Positions 18,594 through 26,400 of a DNA stretch of 32,066 nucleotides are shown one piece after another; position 1 is the stretch's first letter; every line of letters starts with the position of its first letter. Source of the DNA: Nitratifractor sp. (GTDB lineage Bacteria > Campylobacterota > Campylobacteria > Campylobacterales > Sulfurovaceae); assembly GCA_015490055.1 (NCBI GenBank), contig WFYP01000300.1, positions 1 to 32,066 of the forward strand, written 5' to 3'. Position numbers and translations under genes: made by a program. Under the pieces are notes generated by a model that ran no database searches, was not told where the DNA came from, and saw only the letters and a program-made list of their open reading frames with translations.

Positions 18594-19152
18594 TGAGCTT
18601 ACAAGTAGTGATTATATATCGCTTATGAGCCATGGTGTTGGAGATTTAAGTAGCTATAATGTGGTAGAGTTAAATAGGTTAAGAAATGGAATTTTTGCAC
18701 AAGCTGGGTTAGATTTTTCAAAAACTAACCCAGCTCTATATAAGCTATTTAGCAAATTCGATTGGTATAAGCCAACCACAAGTAGCGGAAGTGTTGTATA
18801 TGCTAATTTAACTCCATTGCAAAAGAAAAATGTATTAGCATTGCTAAACGAAGAGAAAAAGCGATGCGGTGGTCGTTTAACACTATCTGATTTCTATAGA
18901 GTAAAGGTGCGCCAATTAAGTGAAGATGACTTAAAGAAGTATAACAAAGAGGATTTAAAGATACTTAGAAACTCGCTAATAGCACGATATGGTTTAACCT
19001 TTAACGATGCTAAGTTAAGAAAAATATACTCTAATATGCCTTGGTATAAGCCTAATCCAAATATAACAGCAAGCGAAATTATAGACAAACAGATGAGCGA
19101 TTTAGAGCGAGCAAATATTCAGACGATATTAAGAGTTGAGCAGAAAAATTAA
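18559..19152 (+). CDS. tandem YARHG-domain protein (start uncertain; possibly a frameshifted C-terminal extension of the A2M)
   Basis: Two YARHG-like units: LNRLRNGIFAQAGLDFS...FDWYKP and LKILRNSLIARYGLTFND...MPWYKP. The track start is a GTG inside the A2M 3' end, in the +1 frame. The next ATG is at 18625. Neither start has an SD, and there is no signal peptide. Confidence 0.65.
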   Translation: MIVTQLSLQPPSELTSSDYISLMSHGVGDLSSYNVVELNRLRNGIFAQAGLDFSKTNPALYKLFSKFDWYKPTTSSGSVVYANLTPLQKKNVLALLNEEKKRCGGRLTLSDFYRVKVRQLSEDDLKKYNKEDLKILRNSLIARYGLTFNDAKLRKIYSNMPWYKPNPNITASEIIDKQMSDLERANIQTILRVEQKN

Positions 19153-19162
19153 AGTTCTGCTC
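19138..19162. terminator. hairpin between convergent YARHG and lipoprotein genes
   Basis: GAGCAGAA (19138-19145), a 9-nt loop containing the stop codon, then TTCTGCTC (19155-19162). There is no clear U-run, so this is a weak call. Confidence 0.3.
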
Positions 19163-19187
19163 CTATTAGAACAAAGAGAAGTAAGTT

Positions 19188-19664
19188 CTATATAGCTCTA
19201 TCTACTTTTTTAACTTTTTTCCCAACTCGCTTAAAGCAACTTTTATCTCCTATGCTATTTAGAGTTGCTATATTTGAACCTCCCCATTTAATGATAATTG
19301 GAGTCGTTGCTGTTTTAACTGTTTTAACCTTTACCCCTGCACCCGCACAATCGGCAGTTGCAATTTGGGAATTGTTTTTTCTATACATAGAGTAAGTCTC
19401 GATAGCTACAGTAATGCCGTTTGCTTTTAAATTTATATCATTCATCTGCCAGCTGTATTGTGATGATGATTTACAAGTGCTATTTAGTGGTAGATAAGTT
19501 GCTTTTAGAGTATCTCTGCTTAATCTTTGCAGACATACAGTTCCTTCATTAGAGAGAATTTTATACTTACTGTTATCAGGCTTTTTATGCTTTAGTGATA
19601 GGTTACTTATAGAGCAACTTGTTAGCAAAAGAGAGATTATTGTTGTAAAATATATTTTCTTCAT
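19188..19664 (-). CDS. hypothetical lipoprotein
   Basis: 158 aa. Signal peptide plus lipobox (LLLTSC). Four further Cys. AAAGGA SD 5 nt upstream. No recognisable domain. Confidence 0.6.
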   Translation of the reverse strand: MKKIYFTTIISLLLTSCSISNLSLKHKKPDNSKYKILSNEGTVCLQRLSRDTLKATYLPLNSTCKSSSQYSWQMNDINLKANGITVAIETYSMYRKNNSQIATADCAGAGVKVKTVKTATTPIIIKWGGSNIATLNSIGDKSCFKRVGKKVKKVDRAI

Positions 19665-19688
19665 TAGTATCCTTTGGTTATGTTTTTG

Positions 19689-19694
19689 TATAAT
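19689..19694 (+). promoter_or_regulatory. candidate -10 box (TATAAT) for the lhgO-like gene
   Basis: TTTTGTATAAT lies 27 nt upstream of ATG 19721, followed by a TAGGAG SD. Confidence 0.3.
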
Positions 19695-19720
19695 TATAGC
19701 AAATTATAGGAGATTTTAAA

Positions 19721-20881
19721 ATGTATGATTATTTAATCATAGGAGCAGGCGTTATTGGCTTAGCTATTGCTAGAGAGTTAAAGTTTAAAAAACCAGATGC
19801 AAAGATATTAATAGTCGAGAAAGAGAGCGATGTTGGTTTTCACTCTAGTGGCAGAAACAGCGGGGTATTGCATGCAGGCTTTTACTATACTTCATCATCT
19901 CTTAAGGCAAAATTTACAAGAGATGGCAACAAAGAATTAACAAAATATTGTCTCGATAATAACTTAGCCATAAATCGCTGCAAAAAAGTAGTTGTAGCAA
20001 AAGATGAAGAGGAGCTAAAGACTCTACACGAACTATATGAGCGAGGTATAAAAAATGGTGTAGATGTAGAGTTAATAGGGCAAGATAGGCTAGATAGTGA
20101 GTTTAAAAATGTAAAGACACACAAAGAGGCACTTCTATCACCAACAACTGCAACCGTTAATCCAAAAGAGATACTTATTCATTTAAAAAATCAATTAATC
20201 GCCAGTGGCGTAGAGATAAAATTTAACACCCCATATAGTAAAGAGTATAAAGATAGTGCAGAGATTATAATAAATTGTGCAGGACTGTATGCAGATAAAA
20301 TCGCTAAAGAGTTTGGTTTTAGTAAAGATTATAAAATTTTACCATTTAAAGGAATATATTTGCAATATGGCAAGAGCGATAGTTTTATAGATACCAATAT
20401 TTACCCTGTACCTAACCTTAAAAACCCATTTTTAGGTGTGCACTATACAATTACAGTAGATAACAAAATAAAAATAGGACCAACAGCAATACCAGCATTT
20501 TGGCGAGAAAATTACAAAGGTTTAGCAAATTTTAATATAGGTGAATTGGCTGATATTTTAGCTACAGAGGCTAAACTATTTATTAAAAATAGTTTCGGTT
20601 TTAGAGATTTAGCGATAGAAGAGATGAAAAAGTATAATAAAAAATATTTTGTTTCCCTAGCTGAGTCTATGGTAAAAGAGTTAGATAGCACTGGCTTTAA
20701 TAGTTGGAGCAAACCAGGCATTAGGGCACAACTTTTAAACAGTAAAACCAACGAGTTATTGCAAGATTTTGTAGTAGAAGGAGATAGTAAAAGCGTGCAT
20801 ATTTTAAATGCTGTAAGCCCTGCATTTACAAGTAGCTTCCCTTTTGCTAGATGGGTTGTAGAGGAGTATGTAAAAAGCTAG
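19721..20881 (+). CDS. lhgO: FAD-dependent L-2-hydroxyglutarate oxidase/dehydrogenase-like protein
   Basis: The N-terminus MYDYLIIGAGVIGLAIA...EKES...SGRNSGVLHAGFYY closely resembles E. coli LhgO (MYDFVIIGGGIIG...HNSGVIHAGVYY, as recalled). It also has a GxGxxG Rossmann fold. Confidence 0.7.
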   Translation: MYDYLIIGAGVIGLAIARELKFKKPDAKILIVEKESDVGFHSSGRNSGVLHAGFYYTSSSLKAKFTRDGNKELTKYCLDNNLAINRCKKVVVAKDEEELKTLHELYERGIKNGVDVELIGQDRLDSEFKNVKTHKEALLSPTTATVNPKEILIHLKNQLIASGVEIKFNTPYSKEYKDSAEIIINCAGLYADKIAKEFGFSKDYKILPFKGIYLQYGKSDSFIDTNIYPVPNLKNPFLGVHYTITVDNKIKIGPTAIPAFWRENYKGLANFNIGELADILATEAKLFIKNSFGFRDLAIEEMKKYNKKYFVSLAESMVKELDSTGFNSWSKPGIRAQLLNSKTNELLQDFVVEGDSKSVHILNAVSPAFTSSFPFARWVVEEYVKS

Positions 20882-20906
20882 AAGCTTGAAGAGTAAAGGG
20901 AGCTCT

Positions 20907-21163
20907 CAATGCTATTAAGTTAAGGATTTATAACCATTTAATGGAATTAATTATCAAATAAAATTGATAATATAACACCGCCGTCATTCCCGTGAAAACG
21001 GGAATCTACAATTTTAACTGCCTATATGTTTCAATTTAATTTTTTTGTCAATTTAAACCGTGGATTCCTACTTTTGGGGGAATGACACAGTGGCAAGTTT
21101 TTGGCTTTGTTCTTTAAGCTTTATGCATTTTATCGAGTTAAAACTTTTAACTTAATGGCATTG
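20907..21163. repeat. MITE-like structured repeat, copy A (~257 bp)
   Basis: Terminal inverted repeats are CAATGCTATTAAGTTAA (20907-20923) / TTAACTTAATGGCATTG (21147-21163), matching at 16 of 17 positions. Internal hairpin ATTCCCG-TGAAAA-CGGGAAT. Long stretches are shared with the copy at 31775-32032 (CTACAATTTTAACTGCCT, CAATTTAAAC, TTTGGCTTTGT.CTTTAAGCTTTATG). Confidence 0.75.
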
Positions 21164-21184
21164 TAGGTGTCATAAAGAGTATAT

Positions 21185-23224
21185 TTACTCCTCTTGGCAA
21201 TCTGGCATATCTACCCAAATATTTCTAGTGATACTTTCACCACTACTATCTAATACGCTAATTGTATGTCCACCTACGCCTAATTTTATATCAACTCTCT
21301 TAGATTCAATATCTTTAGGCTTGTTATCTACGTAAAAGTAATAGGGCTCTTTGCCATTGTCTATAGCTACTTTAACGGTAACTTTGTGGCAACTGGCACT
21401 CTGGTATCTCGCACCTTTTTTTGGGTATAGAAACTTTAACTTATCTTGCGATTTTAACTCTTTATCGAAATACTTAAGCACTTTTGGGGCTTGGTTTTTT
21501 ATAAAATTACTGCTCCAGCTCCACTGTTTTAGCCCTTTGATAGCATCGGTTAAACTAAAAGCCTCAAACATTATAGGGGTTGCTATCTCTCTTGCAGATA
21601 GTTTTACAACTGGCTGGTTATTTGCTTTGCCAACCCAAACACCAATAGTGTAATTTTTGCTATAGCCCATACTCCAAAAGTCGCGATAGCCGTAGCTTGT
21701 GCCTGTTTTGTATGCTATCTTATCGGCTCTGTCGCGGTAGTTCTCTGGAGGAGGAAGTTGCCTTAAAATTGCCGTAACTGTTTTTGCACTTTTTGCATCA
21801 ACAAAATTTAGTTTATGCTGTTTCTCACCCTCTAAGATAGCTAAACTCTTAGAGCTTCCAGCGTTTGCGAGTGTAACATACCCTTGTGTTAATTGCTTAA
21901 GGCTAATGCCAAGCCCACCCAAAGCAATAGGTAAGGTGGCACTATTTTTAGGTATATGCACCTTGCCAACAACTTTTTGCAATCTATCTATAAACCTACC
22001 AGCCCCAACGCGATACAAAACCTTTACAGCAGGAATATTTAGTGAGTTTTTTAGCGCCTCGCTTATTGTAACTTGCCCATGGAATTTGCGAGAGTAGTTG
22101 TGTGGATGGTAGTTGCCAAAGCTTACCTCTTTATCTAAAATTATTGTTTGCGGGTGGATTATGTGTTGCTCAAAACCCAAAGCGTAAATAAAGGGCTTCA
22201 GAGCAGAACCTGGCGAGCGAATAGCATCTGTCATATCTATATAGCCAGATATTTCTCTGTTAAACATATTATAACTTCCTAAATAAGCTCTAACTTTTGA
22301 GCTAGAGTTTTCCACAATAAGCATAGCCATACTCGCTCCATTAGGCAAGCTTTTGCCACGCTCTTTTGCCCAGAGTTCTAACTGCTTTTGGAGTGTGCCA
22401 TCTATTGTGGTGTATATCTTTGCTTTCGAGCTATTTTGCAAAAGCTTTAGGGCTAAATGTGGGGCATATCTTGGGAATTTATAGAGCTTTGTTGCTATCG
22501 GCTCTTTTAAGGCTTGTTTGTAGATATAGTCGCTTAAAATGCCAGCGTCATAAGCCTTTTTTAAAACTCTATCTCTTGCCATCTTTGCCCTTTTTGGGTG
22601 TTTATCGGGGCGATAAGCTTCTGGATTTTTAGGCAAAGCAACAAGCATAGCAGCTTCGCTAGCACTCAGAGCATATGGGTGCTTACCAAAATAGTACCAA
22701 CTAGCCGCCTCTATACCCTCTACATTACCACCATATGGAGCTAAAGTTAAGTATATATTTAAAATTTGTCTCTTTGTGTAGTGGTGCTCAAGTTGTAAAG
22801 CTCTAATAATCTCTACAATCTTAGAGCTAAATGTTCTGCGTTTAGGTTCTAAAAGTCTAGCAACTTGCATAGTCAAAGTTGAACCACCAGAAACAATATG
22901 CCCTCTAGTTGCTAACTGATAAGAAGCACGAAACAGTGCAGCTACATCTACCCCAAAATGGCTATTAAATCGCTTATCTTCAAAGTTTACAAGCATCTTT
23001 ATGTATAGTGGGTCTATGCGCTTAAACTCTGGCTTAAAACGCCACTTTTGGCTCTGGTTTGTAGTAGTATAGAGCCAATTTTTAGAGCTATCGTAAACTA
23101 TTTTAGAGGTATCTTTTGTTTTGTAGATAGAGACAGGATAGAAGATATCGCTAGCAATAACAAATATAAAAAAACTCAACAGTGCTAAGAGGGTATATTT
23201 AAATAGATTCTTTATAAATTTCAT
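21185..23224 (-). CDS. pbpC: penicillin-binding protein 1C (bifunctional glycosyltransferase/transpeptidase)
   Basis: GT51 motifs EDKRF and GGSTLTMQ. Transpeptidase motifs SALK (SxxK), SLN and KTGTS. PBP1C-type C-terminal domain. Start placed at ATG 23224 (MKFIKNLFKYTLLALLSFF..., a membrane anchor). The track start at 23284 is an upstream GTG. Confidence 0.9.
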   Translation of the reverse strand: MKFIKNLFKYTLLALLSFFIFVIASDIFYPVSIYKTKDTSKIVYDSSKNWLYTTTNQSQKWRFKPEFKRIDPLYIKMLVNFEDKRFNSHFGVDVAALFRASYQLATRGHIVSGGSTLTMQVARLLEPKRRTFSSKIVEIIRALQLEHHYTKRQILNIYLTLAPYGGNVEGIEAASWYYFGKHPYALSASEAAMLVALPKNPEAYRPDKHPKRAKMARDRVLKKAYDAGILSDYIYKQALKEPIATKLYKFPRYAPHLALKLLQNSSKAKIYTTIDGTLQKQLELWAKERGKSLPNGASMAMLIVENSSSKVRAYLGSYNMFNREISGYIDMTDAIRSPGSALKPFIYALGFEQHIIHPQTIILDKEVSFGNYHPHNYSRKFHGQVTISEALKNSLNIPAVKVLYRVGAGRFIDRLQKVVGKVHIPKNSATLPIALGGLGISLKQLTQGYVTLANAGSSKSLAILEGEKQHKLNFVDAKSAKTVTAILRQLPPPENYRDRADKIAYKTGTSYGYRDFWSMGYSKNYTIGVWVGKANNQPVVKLSAREIATPIMFEAFSLTDAIKGLKQWSWSSNFIKNQAPKVLKYFDKELKSQDKLKFLYPKKGARYQSASCHKVTVKVAIDNGKEPYYFYVDNKPKDIESKRVDIKLGVGGHTISVLDSSGESITRNIWVDMPDCQEE

Positions 23225-23353
23225 AGTAGGCAAATTATATCTAATCGAAATAAAAGTATATTCTCTAATGTGTAGAAAGTTCACATATATAGAAAAAATA
23301 TATAAAAATATTTTTTACCATAAAATGGATTGAAAATTTACTTACTGTAAAAT

Positions 23354-23363
23354 CCCCCCCCCC
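23354..23363. repeat. poly-C(10) homopolymer in the pbpC / RHS divergent intergenic region
   Basis: Ten consecutive C (23354-23363). The tract partly lies inside the right arm of a perfect 12-bp inverted repeat, ACCATAAAATGG (23317-23328) / CCATTTTATGGT (23362-23373). It is 92 nt upstream of the RHS ATG, and a TTGACA follows at 23395-23400. Confidence 0.9.
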
Positions 23364-23454
23364 ATTTTATGGTAAATATTTTAATGTAATATTTTTGACA
23401 ATCTTTTTAATTATACGTTATCATTAAAGTAATATATTTTAATAAGGATTACTT

Positions 23455-26400
23455 ATGTTTGCTTCTAGGAGTGTTTTTAAAAGGTTTTTAGTCTCGCTTT
23501 TTGTTTTTGCAATGGCACTATTTATAGCAGGGTGTGCAGATGCAGGTAGTGACCAGACTCTCTTTTCTGGAGATAAAGTTATATTAGATGGTTCAGGCTC
23601 TACGCCAAGTAGTGGTTATAAGATTATAAAGTATAGCTGGAAACAATTAAGAGGTAAGAGAGTTGATTTAAAAGATAAAAACAGTGCAAAAGCTTATTTT
23701 ATTGCACCATCTGTTAGCAAATCAGAGAGATTACAATTTAGATTAACAGTTACCGAAAAATCATCTAGCGGTAGAGTAATTAAATCTAGAGATAGAGTTA
23801 ATATAACTATAAAACCAAAAGATAACAATAACGACACAACCCCACCAGTAATAACAATAAATGGAGAGAATCCATACAACTTAGAAGCTGGCAATAGCTT
23901 TAGCGACCCAGGAGCTACAGCCGTAGATGAGACAGATGGGAATGTAACTATAACTAAGAGTGGTAAAGTAAACAGCAAAGTAGTAGGTGAATATAAAATT
24001 ATCTACACCGCAAAAGATAAGAGTGGAAACGAAGCAAACGCTACAAGAGTGGTAAAAGTAGTCGATACAACCCCACCAGCAATAAAAATATTAGGCAATA
24101 ATCCATTAACAGTAGAGTACGATAGTAACTTTAGCGACCCAGGAGTTACAACAAGCGATAATGCAGAGGGTAATATAAGCGTAGAAAAAGAGGGTAGTGT
24201 CGATACCAAAACTCTTGGAGAGTATAAGATAAATTACACGGCAACAGATGCAAGCGGAAACGAAGCAAACGCTACAAGAGTTGTTAAAGTAGTAGATACA
24301 ACCCCACCAACAATTACACTAAATGGCGATAAAAATATTTCGCTTTATGTAGGAGATAGCTACACCGAAGAGGGAGCAAGCGCCGTTGATAACGTTGATG
24401 GCGATATAAACGTAACAATTAGTGGTAGTGTTGATACAAGCAAAGAGGGTAATTACACTATAACTTATACAGCAGCAGATAAATCTGGCAACCAAGCTCA
24501 AGCTAAAAGATATGTAGAGGTTAAGAAAAAACCTGTAACTTTGCAATCTATTAGCATCTCTCCACAAAATATAGAGCTTAGAGTAAAAGGAGAGGCTTCT
24601 TTTAAAGTTTTAGGCAACTATAGTAATGGTACTCAAAAAGAGCTAGATGGTGCTAATTTAAGCTTAGCCGATAGCTCTTTAGCCTCTATTGAAAACTCTA
24701 CACTAAAAGGTGTACAAGAGGGAAATACAACACTAAGAGCAGAGTTAAATAACCACACGGCAACCGCAAATGTAATAGTATATAAAGAGTTAAACACAAG
24801 CAACTTTAACGGTGCAGAGTTTGGAAGTGAATATACCGATAAAATTCCACCAAATGCCACAAAAGAGCAGTATGACCAAAAACGCTTCTGTATGATTACA
24901 GGGCGAGTAGTCGATGAGAATAATCAGCCACTAGAGGGCGTAAAAGTGTGGCTACTACACCACAAAGAGTATGGAAGTGTAAGCACAGATAGCAATGGAA
25001 CTTATGTACTGCCAAGCGAAGGTGGAGTAAATTATACTATCCGTTATCAAAAGCAAGGCTACTTAATAGTAGATAGAGAGTTTAGCGCCCCAATTCAAGA
25101 TTGGGCAGTGGTAAAAGAGGCACAACTCTTACCAAAAGATGAGAAAGCAACTCAGATAGATTTAAATACATCTAAAGTAGAACTGCATAGCTCCACCCCA
25201 ACAGTAGATGATAGAGGTGAGCGCTCTACAACGCTAGTATTTAACGGCGTAAGTAAAGCAACAGTTACAAAGAGTGATGGCAGCACAAGAGAGCTAAAAA
25301 GCTTTAAAGTTAGAGCTACAGAGTTTAAAACTTTACAATCTATGCCAAAAGAGATGCCAAGCAAAAGTGCCTTTACATACTGTAGCGACTTAACTATAGA
25401 TGGTGTAAGCGATGATGCAAATGTAAGCTTTGATAAACCAGTTGTTATGTATGTAGATAACTTCTTAGGCTTTAATGTAGGCGAAATAGTGCCAATAGGT
25501 TACTACGATAGAGTAGATGGCAAGTGGAAGCCCTCTAAAAATGGTGTTGTAGTTAAACTTTTAGATACCGACGGTGATGGTAAAGTTGATGCACTAGATA
25601 GCGATGGCGACGATAAGCCAAACGACTTAAATGGCGATGGAAGCTTTAGCGACGAAGTAGTAGGCATTGCAGGTAAAAGTGGTTATGAGCCAGGCAAAAC
25701 TTACTGGAGAGGCGAAATAACTCACTTTACCCCTTGGGACTTTAACTGGCCTTATGCCCCACCAAAAAATGCAAAAGAGCCAGTACTTATAAATCCAGAT
25801 GTTAATTCTGAACCTAACAAAGAGGCAGATTGTCAAGCCCAAGGCTTTTCGCATATAACAGTTAAAGGCAGAGTATTCCACGAAGATATACCTATTGCAG
25901 GAACTAATTTAACACTGCATTATGCCTCAAATAGAGTAAGTGGCTTTAAATATGCCATTAGCACAGATATAAATACCAACGAACTACCAGACTCTGTAGA
26001 GACTGCAAAAGTAGAGATATTTGTAGCAGGAAAACATTACGAAAAAGAGTTGCATCCTGGTGATGATGGACATATAGAGTATATATGGGATGGCAAAGAT
26101 GAATTAGGAAATAGAGTAAGTGGCAAAGTACAGGCAACTATTAAAGTAACATATCTATACCCATTAGTTTACTATAGTGCAAGTAGCGACTGGACATATG
26201 CATGGAATAAACCAGGTAGTGCATCTACTAATGTTATAGGTAGGGAGAAAGTGGCGTATAGTTCGGTTAAGAAATTAAATATGAATATTCAAGCAAAAAT
26301 AAATTATGATATTGCTAAAGGATGGAGTTTATCTAATGTTAATATTTTAAAAGATGGAGTAGTTTATAAAGGTAATGGAACTAAATTTAAAAATCAATTT

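Noticed and set aside
15086-19088. Minus-strand ORFs 15086..15355, 17726..18022 and 18894..19088
   Set aside because: They are antisense inside the A2M and YARHG coding regions, with no signals of their own.
19885-22632. ORFs 19885..20124 (-), 20512..20751 (-), 21351..21653 (+), 21906..22097 (+) and 22366..22632 (+)
   Set aside because: They are antisense inside the lhgO-like and pbpC genes, both of which show end-to-end family similarity.
23225-23284. 20-codon N-terminal extension of pbpC from a GTG (MNFLHIREYTFISIRYNLPT)
   Set aside because: It has no SD. The internal ATG at 23224 gives the expected layout of a short cytoplasmic tail followed by a membrane anchor. A TATAAT box 11 nt upstream of that ATG would lie inside the extension.
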